In this document: one piece after another, positions 47,296-60,117 of the stretch | How the letters are laid out: every line of letters starts with the position of its first letter | Position numbering within the stretch: position 1 is the stretch's first letter | DNA from: Planctomycetota bacterium | GTDB lineage: Bacteria; Planctomycetota; B15-G4 | Assembly: GCA_052387675.1 (NCBI GenBank) | Contig: JBQTIY010000001.1 | Coordinates: 160,227-224,226 of the forward strand | Direction of reading: 5' to 3' | DNA: 64,000 bases | The notes under the pieces: model-generated | What the model saw: only the letters and a program-made list of their open reading frames with translations | Told to the model about the DNA's origin: nothing | The model's database searches: none | Program-made: the position numbers and the translations under genes

Positions 47296-49293
47296 TCAGG
47301 GCTGCGCGGCGAACCAGAGGAGATACCAAGTCCCCGGCCAGCCGGCACGCTCGATGAGCGGCGAGAGTGTGACCACGCCGTCGCCCAGGGTTTGGATCGA
47401 GACCACGCCGGCCGGAACGGAATCCACCAGCGGGAAAGACTGGGGCGGAGCCTGCAGGTTGCCGGCCTCGAAGACCTGCACGCCGGCTGCGGTCGGCAGA
47501 AGCACCCGCTCGCCGAGGCAGAGCGGCCGTCCGAGCACGGCCTGCTCGGCCGGCAGCGCCGGACTGCTGGCCAGCGTGTGTCCGTCGGGACCGAGCAAGA
47601 CGAGGCTGCTGAGTCCGCCGCGCCGCCGCGTGCAAAGCACGGCGGGCGAAGGCCGCCCCTGAGGATCCGGGCGCAGGGCGGCCACATGCACGCGGTCCAG
47701 CTTCTCGATGGGGTCATCCAAGATGAGCTGGCCGCCCGGGCCCGGCTCCAAGGCCAGCATGTAAAGAAAGCGCGAATCGCTGGGCGCCACGACGAGGCGC
47801 TCGCCATAGAGCCGCACGGGCTCCTCATCCCAGCCGCCGGTCTCGAAGAGAAAGGCCGGCTCGTAGACATCGGGATCCTGGGGGAAGACGCGGTCGTAAC
47901 GAAAGGTGTGGCGCAGGTGGCCGGTGAGCCCGTCGACGACGGCCACGACGCCGAAGCCGGTGCAGGCGTAAACCAGGCCCCCGTGCACAGCCACCGGCCC
48001 TTCGCGGGGACGCTTGTCCAAGTCCTCGACATCCGTCTCGGCGAGCCGGCTGGCGAAACGCGGGACCTGTGCGGCGCTGGCCAGCGGCACCTCGAAGAGC
48101 AGCCGCCCATCGGCCACGGCAAAGGCTGCCAGTGAGACGTCGGTCACCAGCCCCACGCGAAAGATCTGCACGAAGAGCCGCGGCCCGGACACGGCGGGCG
48201 GGCCGATGGCCACGCTCGCTGCACCGGCGCGCGGCACGGCCACGCGCCAAGCCACGACGCCCCCGGGATCGATGGCGAGCAGGTGTGCGTCGGTGGGTGT
48301 GCTGATCTCGCGCCAGCGGCCGCGCACCGGCAGATTAGCCGGCACGATGAGTCGGTCGCCGGCCAGCGCCCACGTGAAGGCGGTGGGGTTGGGACGGTCA
48401 TTCGTCAGCGCCGACTCTGGCAAGAGGTCCTTGAGCCAAGCGCGCTGCGCGAAGCTCGGCTCGCCCGTGGCGCGCTGCAGACCGAGCAGGCCCTCAGTGC
48501 GCAAGAGCAGAAACTCGCCGGCAGTTCCTTCGGCCAAGGCGGGCAGGCTGTAGCTGTCATCGCTTTCCGGCGTGAAGGGAAAGCGATAGCCGCCTTGCCA
48601 GCGCCAGCTCCGCGCGGAGGCGAGAGGCTGGCTGGCCGCGGGCGCCGCTGCCGTGGCAGCAAGGTGCGCGCTGCTCGCCGCCAGCAGGGCTGCGCCGCCC
48701 GGATGATCGGCGACGCGCGCGGCCAGGGCCTGCGCCACCCACCAGTCGCCGCGCTCGAAGGAGAGGCGTGCGGCGGCCAGCGTGGCCGCGCTGCCGGCCG
48801 CGAAGCTGTGCGCCCGGCCAGCGAGTTCCAGCAGCCCGCCGAGGTCACGCGTGGCCTGCGCCTCAGCCAGCGCCGCCGCGAGGTCGGCCTCCACGCGAGC
48901 CACCACGGCGGGCGAGCCCGTCTCGCGGACCATGCGGCCGGCCAGCGCGAGCGCCGGCACATGCGTGCGGCTGCCGAAGGGCACGAGCGCGGGCAGCGCG
49001 TTGGCACGCAGCGCCCGCACCAGCGCGGCGGATTCATCGGCATCACCCCGATCGATGGCGCCCTGCAACTTGGCCAGGAGCGTGCGCGCCTGGCCGTCGT
49101 CTTCCAGCGGCAGCGTGGCGCCGTTGCGAAAGGACTGGCCCTCGGGCGCGATGAACTGCGCACGCGCGGCGCTGTGCAGGCCGGCGCACAGCACCGCCAG
49201 CAGCAACACCCCACGTCCAAGGGCCCCACGTGTAGGGGCCCCACGCGCGAGAGCGCCACGCGCGCGGCGCGCGGCGGGCCGGCCCGCACTCAT
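47296..49293 (-). CDS. Secreted beta-propeller-like (PQQ/BamB-like repeats) hypothetical protein
   Basis: Start MSAGRPAARR...GVLLLAVLCAGLHSAARAQ (signal peptide) at 49293, overlapping the ftsB TGA (ATGA). WD/PQQ-like repeats GVVAWRVAVP, DGRLLFEVPL, GGLVYACTGFGVVAVVDGLTGHLRHTF. The ORF-track upstream extension is spurious. Confidence 0.6.
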   Translation of the reverse strand: MSAGRPAARRARGALARGAPTRGALGRGVLLLAVLCAGLHSAARAQFIAPEGQSFRNGATLPLEDDGQARTLLAKLQGAIDRGDADESAALVRALRANALPALVPFGSRTHVPALALAGRMVRETGSPAVVARVEADLAAALAEAQATRDLGGLLELAGRAHSFAAGSAATLAAARLSFERGDWWVAQALAARVADHPGGAALLAASSAHLAATAAAPAASQPLASARSWRWQGGYRFPFTPESDDSYSLPALAEGTAGEFLLLRTEGLLGLQRATGEPSFAQRAWLKDLLPESALTNDRPNPTAFTWALAGDRLIVPANLPVRGRWREISTPTDAHLLAIDPGGVVAWRVAVPRAGAASVAIGPPAVSGPRLFVQIFRVGLVTDVSLAAFAVADGRLLFEVPLASAAQVPRFASRLAETDVEDLDKRPREGPVAVHGGLVYACTGFGVVAVVDGLTGHLRHTFRYDRVFPQDPDVYEPAFLFETGGWDEEPVRLYGERLVVAPSDSRFLYMLALEPGPGGQLILDDPIEKLDRVHVAALRPDPQGRPSPAVLCTRRRGGLSSLVLLGPDGHTLASSPALPAEQAVLGRPLCLGERVLLPTAAGVQVFEAGNLQAPPQSFPLVDSVPAGVVSIQTLGDGVVTLSPLIERAGWPGTWYLLWFAAQP

Positions 49294-49613
49294 GGGGACT
49301 TGCTGCGTCCCTTCGTGCTCACGTCGGACTCGTTCACCACGCGATAGCCCGGCACGTCCGGTGAAAGCAGGAAGCTCTCGGCGAGCCGCTGCCGCAGCAG
49401 CGGATCTTGTTCCACGCCGTCGGCCCACTCCTGCAGGCCCTGCAACTGCGGCTCGAGGCGCTGCAGGTCCTGCACAACCTCCGCGCGGCGTTCGCTCAGG
49501 AGATGCTGGTCCCACCAGGCCGGCAGAAGGCCAGTGAGCAGGACGTAGGCGATGCCCAGGCCGAGGACCAGCGTGAGGCTGTCGCGGCGGACGAGACCGC
49601 GGATCGCTTGCAT
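49290..49613 (-). CDS. ftsB: Cell division protein FtsB/DivIC-like septum formation initiator
   Basis: 107 aa: N-terminal TM (LTLVLGLGIAYVLLTGLL), a coiled coil, and DPLLRQRLAESFLLSPDVPGYRVV, which resembles the E. coli FtsB segment [20 protein letters not shown]. The eno-ftsB synteny is conserved. Confidence 0.7.
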   Translation of the reverse strand: MQAIRGLVRRDSLTLVLGLGIAYVLLTGLLPAWWDQHLLSERRAEVVQDLQRLEPQLQGLQEWADGVEQDPLLRQRLAESFLLSPDVPGYRVVNESDVSTKGRSKSP

Positions 49614-49668
49614 GACCGCGCCAGCATACGCAGGCCCAGCAGCCTTCCTAGCGCAATTCAGGCCGAAC

Positions 49669-52594
<2,926 letters not shown>

Positions 52595-52598
<4 letters not shown>

Positions 52599-53119
52599 GC
52601 GCGGCTGGGCGGACCGTGCGCGCCCTCGTCGCACTGGGCGGCAATCTCGAGCCGCGCCGACAGCATCTGCTCGACGCGCAGGCCGAACTCGCCGCACTGC
52701 CCGAGACGCGCCTGCTGGCCTGTTCGGCCCTGCACGAGACAGCCCCGGTGGAGTGCGCCGCCGGCGATCCGGCCTTCCTGAATGGCGCCTGCCTGCTCGA
52801 GACCAGCCTGCCGCCGCGCGCCCTGCTCGCGGCGCTGCAGGAGATCGAGCGCCGCCACGGTCGAGTGCGCGGAGCCGGCGCGCCGCGGCACGCGCCGCGC
52901 AGCCTCGATCTGGATCTCATCCTGCACGGCGACACGATCCTGGACGAAGCGGGGCTGAATCTGCCGCATCCGCGCGCGCATGAACGGCGCTTCGTGCTCC
53001 AACCTGCAGCCGAGATCGCACCCGAACTGGTCCATCCCGTGCTGGGCCGCAGCTTGGCTCGCCTGCTGGCCGAGTGCCCGCCGCCCGCGCCGGAATCCAG
53101 CCGCGCATGCTCACACTAA
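52595..53119 (+). CDS. folK: 2-amino-4-hydroxy-6-hydroxymethyldihydropteridine diphosphokinase (HPPK)
   Basis: VALGGNLEP..., PRSLDLDLILHGD, LPHPRAHERRFVL are HPPK signature segments. 4-nt overlap with pssA. Confidence 0.9.
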
Positions 53120-53979
53120 GCGAACTCGCCGCCGCGAAGGCGGCCTGCCGTGCCGCCGGCACGCGCGGCAGCGTGGGCTTTCTGCCGACCATGGGCGCGC
53201 TGCACGAGGGGCACCTTGAGCTGGCGCGACGCGCGCGACGCGAGTGCCAGACCGTCGTGGTTTCCATCTTCGTGAACCCGCTGCAGTTCGACGACCCGGC
53301 CGACTTGGCGCGCTATCCGCGGCAGGAGGCGCAGGACGCCGCGCTGCTGGCGGGTGCCGGGGTGGACTTGCTGCTCATGCTGCGACGCGAAGAGATGTAT
53401 CCGCCCGAGTTCGCCACGCGCCTCAGCCAGACGCCGGCGCTCACCGATGTGCTGGAGGGCGCTGCGCGGCCCGGCCATTTTCAGGGCGTACTCACCGTCG
53501 TGGCCAAGCTCTTCGGCATTGTCGGTCCCTGCCGGGCCTACTTCGGCCGCAAAGATTTCCAGCAAACCGTCGTGCTGCGCCGCATGGCGCTCGACCTTGA
53601 GCTGCCGGTGGAGTTAGTGGTTTGCGACACGGTGCGCGAGCCCGACGGCCTCGCGCGCTCCAGCCGCAATGTTTTCCTCAGTGCCGAGGAGCGCCGCCGC
53701 GCAGCGGCCCTGCCGCGAGCGCTGCGCGTCGTGCAGCAGCGCTTCGCCGCCGGAGAGCGCAGCGGCCCGGCACTCGAGCGCGGGCTGCGCGCAGACCTCG
53801 AGCGCGACCTGGGCGTCTCGCCGGACTATGCAGCCGTCGTGCACCCCACGGATCTGTCGCGACGCGAACAGGCGCAGCCGGGCGATGCCGTGCTCGTAGC
53901 GGCCCGCGTGGGTCGCGTGCGCCTGATCGACAACCATCTCCTCGGTGCTACAATCGGCCCCTTTGCCGAAGGCCCCTGA
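53107..53979 (+). CDS. panC: Pantoate--beta-alanine ligase
   Basis: MLTLSELAAAKAA..GFLPTMGALHEGHLELARRA...VVSIFVNPLQFDDPADLARYPR...GHFQGVLTVVAKLFGIV is colinear with E. coli PanC. Confidence 0.93.
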   Translation: MLTLSELAAAKAACRAAGTRGSVGFLPTMGALHEGHLELARRARRECQTVVVSIFVNPLQFDDPADLARYPRQEAQDAALLAGAGVDLLLMLRREEMYPPEFATRLSQTPALTDVLEGAARPGHFQGVLTVVAKLFGIVGPCRAYFGRKDFQQTVVLRRMALDLELPVELVVCDTVREPDGLARSSRNVFLSAEERRRAAALPRALRVVQQRFAAGERSGPALERGLRADLERDLGVSPDYAAVVHPTDLSRREQAQPGDAVLVAARVGRVRLIDNHLLGATIGPFAEGP

Positions 53980-54009
53980 GTTGGCCTGTCGTTTCAGCCC
54001 TCCGGAGTT

Positions 54010-54366
54010 TTGCCCATGCAGCGCTTCCTGATGAAGTCCAAGCTTCACGGCGGCTCCGTCACGCAGTGCAACATCCACTACATGGGCAGCCTCACGGTGG
54101 ACAGAAACCTCATGGAGCTGGCCGACCTGCTGCCCCATGAAAAGGTGCAGGTCGTGAACGTGAACACGGGCGCCCGCTTCGAGACCTACGTCATCGAGGG
54201 CGAGGCCGGCAGCGGCGTCATCGGCGTGAATGGCGGCGCAGCGCGGCTGTGCACCGAGGGCGACATCGTGCTGGTCATCTCGTACTGCCAGATGGAAGAC
54301 GAAGAGGCGCGCGGCTTCGAGCCCACGGTCATCCTTCTGGATCGGAAGAACCAGCCGCAGCAGTGA
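54010..54366 (+). CDS. panD: Aspartate 1-decarboxylase proenzyme
   Basis: [29 protein letters not shown] (the Gly-Ser self-cleavage site) ...[18 protein letters not shown]. Confidence 0.93.
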   Translation: MPMQRFLMKSKLHGGSVTQCNIHYMGSLTVDRNLMELADLLPHEKVQVVNVNTGARFETYVIEGEAGSGVIGVNGGAARLCTEGDIVLVISYCQMEDEEARGFEPTVILLDRKNQPQQ

Positions 54367-55355
54367 ACGCCTCCGGCCAGAGTGTGCGCCTGGCGGCCCC
54401 GGCCAAGATCAACCTGTTCCTCGAGGTGCTGGGGCGGCGGGCCGACGGCTTCCACGAGCTGCGCACTGTGCTGCAGACCATCGACCTATGCGATGAGCTG
54501 AGCATCACGCTGCGGCCGCGCCGCCGCGAGGCGCTGCCCGGCGAGCCGGACATTGCCCTGGAGTTGCTGGGTCTTTCGGCCGGCGCCGGGACCAATGCTG
54601 AAACGGCGGCGGAAACGGGCACCGCCGTGCCCAGCGACGGGCGGAATCTCGCAGTGCGCGCGGCGCAGCTCCTGCTGGCAGCCTGCGGAGCGGCCGGCGA
54701 AGTCGGCGTGCAGTTGCATCTGACCAAGCGCATCCCTGCCGGCGGCGGCCTGGGCGGCGGATCCTCCGATGCGGCCGCGGTGCTCTTGGGCTTGCACGCC
54801 TTGCTCGGTGAGCCCCTCGGCGCGCTGGGGCCCGACAGCGGGGGCCGGCATGACCCGAGCACCTCCCAACTCCATGCCTTGGCTGCTCAACTCGGCAGCG
54901 ATGTTCCTTTTTTCCTGACCGGAGGCACGGCCCTTTGCACCGGTCGCGGCGAACGCGTGCAACCGCTCGACTCGGTGCCGGCCGGAGAGTTCACGCTCGT
55001 CATGCTGCCCTTCGGCGTCGCGACGGCGGCCGTGTACGCCGCTTTGGCCGCGGACCTGGCGCAGCGCGCGCCGGCGACCGCCGATCCAGCCGCACAAGGC
55101 GCTGCCGAAGCCGCCTTGGCTGCGCGCTTCCGCCGCGCCCGGCCCGAGCAACTGTCCAGCCTGTTCCGCAATGACCTGGAGTCGGCCGCACGCCGCGTTG
55201 AGCCCAGACTCAACGCGTGGCTCAGTCGCGCGGGCCTGCATCTCTCCGGCAGCGGCAGTACGGTTTTCGGCTTCGGCGCCCCGATGGAAGGCGAGTTGCC
55301 CTCCGGCGGGCGTGTCGTCGCCGCCAGGACATTCTCGAGCGGGCGGAATTCCTGA
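54363..55355 (+). CDS. ispE: 4-diphosphocytidyl-2-C-methyl-D-erythritol kinase
   Basis: The GTG start overlaps the panD TGA (GTGA at 54363-54366). [24 protein letters not shown] and GHMP-kinase motif [18 protein letters not shown]. Confidence 0.9.
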   Translation: MNASGQSVRLAAPAKINLFLEVLGRRADGFHELRTVLQTIDLCDELSITLRPRRREALPGEPDIALELLGLSAGAGTNAETAAETGTAVPSDGRNLAVRAAQLLLAACGAAGEVGVQLHLTKRIPAGGGLGGGSSDAAAVLLGLHALLGEPLGALGPDSGGRHDPSTSQLHALAAQLGSDVPFFLTGGTALCTGRGERVQPLDSVPAGEFTLVMLPFGVATAAVYAALAADLAQRAPATADPAAQGAAEAALAARFRRARPEQLSSLFRNDLESAARRVEPRLNAWLSRAGLHLSGSGSTVFGFGAPMEGELPSGGRVVAARTFSSGRNS

Positions 55356-55424
55356 CGGCCGGGTCAGGGTCGTGGATATCCTGTTGCGCCAACGAGCGGC
55401 TGTGCTGGGTGCGGGAGGCGCGCG

Positions 55425-55949
55425 TTGGACATCACTGAAATCCGCGTGAAGTTGGTTGATCAGTCGCAAGAGCGGCTGCGGGCCTTCTGCACGGTCACGA
55501 TGAATCGCGAGTTCGTCATTCGCGATGTCAAGGTCATCGAGGGGCCCCGCGGACCCTTCGTGGCCATGCCGAGCCGCAAGGTCATGGATCGCTGCCCGAA
55601 CTGCGGCGGCAAGAACCATCTGCGCGCCAATCACTGCAATGATTGCGGACGGGGCCTTCCCGCGGACCGCGCGCCGCGCGACGATCGTGGGCGTGCCCGC
55701 CTCCACGTCGACGTCGCCCATCCCATCAATCAGGACTGCCGCTCCTTCATGGAGCAGCGCATTCTCGGCGCCTACCACGCCGAGCTCGTGCGCTCGCAGC
55801 AGCCCGGCTACGTGGCGCCCGACCTCGCCGACGACGACGATTACATCTTCGATCACGACGCCTTCCTGCCCCCCCCACCTGTCGTCGTCGACCGCGGACC
55901 GATGCGCGCCCGCCCCGAGCAGCAGGACGGCCGGACCTTCCAGGCCTAA
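55425..55949 (+). CDS. spoVG: SpoVG family protein with a roughly 45-aa zinc-ribbon insertion and an acidic/Pro-rich C-terminal extension
   Basis: (TTG start) MDITEIRVKLVDQSQERLRAFCTVTMNREFVIRDVKVIEGPRGPFVAMPSRK ... DVAHPINQDCRSFMEQRILGAYH is colinear with B. subtilis SpoVG, except that the TPDGEFR loop is replaced by VMDRCPNCGGKNHLRANHCNDCGRGLPADRAPRDDRGRARLHV (CxxC-x10-CxxC). Confidence 0.85.
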   Translation: MDITEIRVKLVDQSQERLRAFCTVTMNREFVIRDVKVIEGPRGPFVAMPSRKVMDRCPNCGGKNHLRANHCNDCGRGLPADRAPRDDRGRARLHVDVAHPINQDCRSFMEQRILGAYHAELVRSQQPGYVAPDLADDDDYIFDHDAFLPPPPVVVDRGPMRARPEQQDGRTFQA

Positions 55950-55959
55950 GGCTGGCCCG

Positions 55960-56889
55960 GTGAGCGCGTCCGTGCCGCCCGCCGCCTCGGCTTCACCGTC
56001 GGTCGAACGAGAGCTCGTCATTGCTGGCGCTGGCGCAGCCGGGGCAGCCATCGCGCGCGCAGCTCGCCTGGCAGGCTGGTCGCTCGGCGCCGTGGCCTGC
56101 CGCAGCGTGGAGCGCGCCCAGGCGCGTTGTGCGCGCATCGGCGCCGGCCGGCCCACGAGCCTCGCCGCGCTCGGCGATCCGGTCGCCCACGTGCCAGCGC
56201 GGCCGGTGCTCCTGCTCGTGGCCGTGCCTGATCGGCACATCGCGGAGCAGGCCGAGGCGCTCGCGCGCCAAGCGTGGCCGGCGCACTCCTGCGCCCTGCA
56301 CCTCTCGGGCGCGGTGGAGATCACAGCGCTCGCACCTCTACGCGCGGCCGGACTGGCCCTTGGCGGGATGCACCCGCTCAAGAGCTTCGTCGATCTGGAA
56401 CGGGACGCGGCCAGCCTCGCCGGCACAGTCTGGGCGCTCGAAGGCGATGCCGCAGCGCTGCAGGCGGCCGAGCACTTCACCACGTCACTGGGCGGCAAGT
56501 CCTTTCGGCTTGCTCCGGGCAGCCGCCCGGCTTGGCACGCCGCGGCCACGCACGCCTGCAATCACTTCGTGGCGCTTGTCGATCAGGCCCTCGACCTCAT
56601 TGCCGCCGCAGGACTGTCACGCGACGAGGGCCGCCGGGCTCTGCTCCCGCTGCTGGCGAGCACGCTCGACAATCTGCGCGCCCACCCACCGGGCACTGCA
56701 CTCACCGGACCGGTCGTGCGTGGTGACGAGGCCGCCGTGCGGCGCCACTTGCAGGCGCTCGAGGGCTTGCCGGCAGACGTCGCCGCGGCCTACCGGGCCT
56801 TGGCCAGCCGAGCGGTGCACCTGGCGCAGAGCCAGCGCGGGCTGCCGGCCGGTACCGCGGCCAGCATCCTCAAGGATTTGCGCTCATGA
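55960..56889 (+). CDS. Rossmann-like + DUF2520 domain protein (KPR/ProC-like oxidoreductase fold)
   Basis: The GTG start follows the spoVG stop. LVIAGAGAAGAAIARAARLAG is a dinucleotide-binding motif; the C-terminal TGPVVRGDEAAVRRHLQAL is the TGP..RGD DUF2520 signature. Confidence 0.75.
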   Translation: MSASVPPAASASPSVERELVIAGAGAAGAAIARAARLAGWSLGAVACRSVERAQARCARIGAGRPTSLAALGDPVAHVPARPVLLLVAVPDRHIAEQAEALARQAWPAHSCALHLSGAVEITALAPLRAAGLALGGMHPLKSFVDLERDAASLAGTVWALEGDAAALQAAEHFTTSLGGKSFRLAPGSRPAWHAAATHACNHFVALVDQALDLIAAAGLSRDEGRRALLPLLASTLDNLRAHPPGTALTGPVVRGDEAAVRRHLQALEGLPADVAAAYRALASRAVHLAQSQRGLPAGTAASILKDLRS

Positions 56890-58367
56890 GCACGCGGCTC
56901 ATCGTGACGCTCAGCGCGGCGACGCCGGCCGAGGCCGCGCCCCTGCTGCAGCAGCCGCCGGAGGGCGCCGACTATCTTGAGTTGCGTCTCGACTTGCTGA
57001 CGCGGCCCGATGGCGAGAGCGTGCGAGCGCTGCTGGCCTTGCCGCGCAGCATTCCCGTCATCGCGACATGTCGCCCCGGCCCGGCCCTGCCCGACGACGC
57101 GGCCCGGCTCGCGCTGCTGCAGACCGCCGGCGAGGCGGGCGCCGATGTGCTCGATGTCGACGACACGCTGCTGGACCGCCTGCCCGCCAGCGTGCCCGGC
57201 GAGCGCTTGGCGAGTTGCCATGTCGCGCGCTTCGCGCCACGCCTGAAGGCTCTGGCCGGGCGCGTGGCGGGACACGGCACGCGCTGGTCCAAGCTCGCTG
57301 TCCCGGCCGACACACCGCGGCAGCTCGCAGAGTTGCTCGCGATCCAAGAAGCTCACGCGGGAACCCTGGCCGTAGTCCCCACCGGGCGACTCTCGGAAGC
57401 CGGCCGGGTCATGAGCGCGGGACGCGGAGCGCCCTTGAGCTACGCCGCACTCGACCCGCTGCGTCCCGGACATCCCGATCAGCCGGCGCTGGCTCGCCTG
57501 CACGGCGTGCATGGCATCGGCCATGTCGGCACTCACACACGCTTCTTCGCCGTGCTGGGCAGTCCGGTAGCGCATAGCCTCTCTCCGGCCTGGCACAACG
57601 CGGTGTTCCGCGGCGCCGGCATGGACGCGCGCCTCGTGCCGCTGGATGTCGAGCGCGTGCGCGATGTGCTCGAAGTGGCCGACGCCCTGCGGCTGGACGG
57701 CTTCGCCGTGACGCATCCGCTCAAGCGCCAGGCCCTCGAGGCGGCCGAAAGCAGCCTGCCTGGTGCGAAGACCACCGGCTCGGCCAACACACTGCTGCGC
57801 ACCGCCACGGGCTGGCAGGCCCGCAACACCGATTGGAAGGCGGCCAGCGAACTCCTCCCGAAACTCCTCAAAGCCTGGCGCAAGGCGCAGCCAGGCCAGA
57901 CCCCGCGCGTCCTCTTGCTCGGTTCCGGCGGCGCGGCGCGCGCCATCGCCGTGGCCCTTTTCGACGAGGATGTCGAGTTGGGCATCTGGTCGCGGCGACT
58001 TTCGAATGCACGCCTGCTGGCCGATGCACTGAAGGACAGCATGCCGGTGGTGGCGATTCCCGAGCCGGCGCACTTTCCGGCTGACATTGTGGTGAATGCC
58101 ACGCCGCTGGGCTCGCCCGGTGCTCAGACCACCGAACTGCAGGTTCAGGCCGCCTGCTTCAGGCCGGGGGCCCGTGCGGTCGATCTGGCCTATGGCGCCG
58201 CCGAATCGTGTTTTCGCGCGGCCGCCCACGAGGCCCAGGCTCAACTGACCAGCGGGGAGGATTTTTTCTGTTTACAGGCTCGCCGACAGTCGGAAGTCTT
58301 CACGGGAGCCCCCGTGCCCGAGGCCACGCTGAACGAGGCGCTGCGCCGCTGCGGGATAAAGACCTGA
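56886..58367 (+). CDS. aroDE: Bifunctional 3-dehydroquinate dehydratase (type I) / shikimate dehydrogenase
   Basis: N-terminal type-I DHQase (YLELRLDLL...PVIATCR); C-terminal AroE (FAVLGSPVAHSLSPAWHNAVF, NTDW, LLLGSGGAARA). Confidence 0.9.
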   Translation: MSTRLIVTLSAATPAEAAPLLQQPPEGADYLELRLDLLTRPDGESVRALLALPRSIPVIATCRPGPALPDDAARLALLQTAGEAGADVLDVDDTLLDRLPASVPGERLASCHVARFAPRLKALAGRVAGHGTRWSKLAVPADTPRQLAELLAIQEAHAGTLAVVPTGRLSEAGRVMSAGRGAPLSYAALDPLRPGHPDQPALARLHGVHGIGHVGTHTRFFAVLGSPVAHSLSPAWHNAVFRGAGMDARLVPLDVERVRDVLEVADALRLDGFAVTHPLKRQALEAAESSLPGAKTTGSANTLLRTATGWQARNTDWKAASELLPKLLKAWRKAQPGQTPRVLLLGSGGAARAIAVALFDEDVELGIWSRRLSNARLLADALKDSMPVVAIPEPAHFPADIVVNATPLGSPGAQTTELQVQAACFRPGARAVDLAYGAAESCFRAAAHEAQAQLTSGEDFFCLQARRQSEVFTGAPVPEATLNEALRRCGIKT

Positions 58368-58416
58368 AACCCGAGGTCAGGCATCTGGGCGCAATGCGCT
58401 AGGATGGGGCTTCACC

Positions 58417-60069
58417 GTGCGCCGACTCAAAATCATCTTCGTCAGCCTGAACAACACCATCTTCGCGGATGGTTCGCGCATCCTGTCGGCGGCGCTCCGC
58501 AAGCAGGGGCATGACGTCCACTTCGTCTGCCTGACCCAGGACGGGGACAACTACTACCCCGAACCGGTCCTGCGGCAGTTCTCGGACCTCGTCGCGGAGA
58601 AGGCCCCGCACCTCGTCCTGTACAGCTTCCTCTCGGACAACTTCCTGCGGGCCAGCCGCGTGACCGAGCGGATCTACCGGGACCACCCGGCCGTGACCCA
58701 GGTCTGGGGCGGCGTGCACTGCACGATCGCACCGGAAGAGGCCATCAAGCACGTCAAGGTCCTCTGCCAGGGCGAAGGCGACGAAGCGCTGCCGGAGTTC
58801 GTGGAGAAGTTCGCGAACGGCGAGGACGTGACGAGCGTTGAGAACTTCTGGTTCCGCGACGAGCGCGGCGAGGTCAAGGCCAACGCCATGCGGCCGCTCA
58901 TGCTTGATCTCGACCGGATGCCCTGGCCGGACTATGAGATCGACACGCACTTCGTGCTCGATGAGGGCCAGCTCAAGCCGATGACCGTGGCGCTGCTGGA
59001 GAAGTACCACAACAACGCGCCGCTGGGCTTCCCCACCTATCCGATCTTGAGCAGTCGCGGCTGCGCCTTCCGCTGCAGCTTCTGCTACAACGCGACCTAC
59101 AAGCAGATCTTCGCCGGACAGAAGTCCGTGCGCTTTCGCAGCCTGCCGGACGTCGTGAACGAGCTGCGTTACATGAAGGACCGCTTCCCCTTCTTCCGCT
59201 CCTTCTTCTTCAGCGATGACGACTTCTTCCTGCGCAGCAAGAAGGCGCTGGAGGAGTTCTCCACGCTTGCCCGCGAGAAGATCCCGGACCTGCTCTTCGA
59301 CGCCTGGTGGGGCAGCACGGCCACGCCGGCTTCGCTGAGCAAGGACAAGCTCGATCTGATGTACGACATCGGCTTCCGCGTGGTCGCCGTGGGCGTGCAG
59401 ACCGGCAGCGAAGACTTCAATAAGCGCATCTACGACCGCGACTTCCCGAATCAGCTCTTCATCGAGAAGATGTGGATGATCGACCGGCATTACCGCCGGA
59501 AGATGGTGATTTCGCTCGACTTCATCGTGGACTGCCCCTACGAGACCGAGCAGGACACGCTCGAGACCGTGCGGCTCATCGAAAAGCTCCCCAACTGGGT
59601 GAGCCTGGCCGTGTTCACCTTCGTCTTCTATCCGGGCTCACCGCTCTACAAGCGGGCCATCGAGGCGGGCGAGATCACGGCCGACCCCGAGCTGTACAAC
59701 GCCAAGAGCTTTCAGCCCTTCGAACACAAGGGCCACAGCTATGTCAGCCACGTGATGATCGCCATGGGCTGCGCGAACTACGTCATGCCGCGCTGGTTCA
59801 AGCGCGTGCTCATCAGCCGGCCCATGGTTTGGGCGGGCCGCCACACGCCGCAGTTCCTGCTCGATCTGTGGGACTGGAAGCCCATCTACAACAAGCTCTG
59901 GGCCTACAACCAGGGCACCGCACTGGGCCTCGGCAACCGCAAGAAGCACTGGTGGCAGTTCTGGAACTTCTTCCGCGGCGCCGAAGAAAAGCTCCCCGCG
60001 CAGGAAGCGCAGGTCATGCAGGAGCGCGGCCAGATCGATCAGTGGACTAAGGGCAGCCTGACTGGCTGA
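58417..60069 (+). CDS. B12-binding domain-containing radical SAM protein (class B radical SAM)
   Basis: The N-terminal cobalamin-binding Rossmann-like module (KIIFVSLNN...GHDVHFVCL) plus SSRGCAFRCSFCYN (CxxxCxxC) radical-SAM cluster motif. GC and amino-acid composition differ from the neighbours. Confidence 0.85.
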   Translation: MRRLKIIFVSLNNTIFADGSRILSAALRKQGHDVHFVCLTQDGDNYYPEPVLRQFSDLVAEKAPHLVLYSFLSDNFLRASRVTERIYRDHPAVTQVWGGVHCTIAPEEAIKHVKVLCQGEGDEALPEFVEKFANGEDVTSVENFWFRDERGEVKANAMRPLMLDLDRMPWPDYEIDTHFVLDEGQLKPMTVALLEKYHNNAPLGFPTYPILSSRGCAFRCSFCYNATYKQIFAGQKSVRFRSLPDVVNELRYMKDRFPFFRSFFFSDDDFFLRSKKALEEFSTLAREKIPDLLFDAWWGSTATPASLSKDKLDLMYDIGFRVVAVGVQTGSEDFNKRIYDRDFPNQLFIEKMWMIDRHYRRKMVISLDFIVDCPYETEQDTLETVRLIEKLPNWVSLAVFTFVFYPGSPLYKRAIEAGEITADPELYNAKSFQPFEHKGHSYVSHVMIAMGCANYVMPRWFKRVLISRPMVWAGRHTPQFLLDLWDWKPIYNKLWAYNQGTALGLGNRKKHWWQFWNFFRGAEEKLPAQEAQVMQERGQIDQWTKGSLTG

Positions 60070-60117
60070 TCCCTGACCAGCCCTGACCGCTGAGCGCGGT
60101 CTGCAGGCTGGCGCGCC

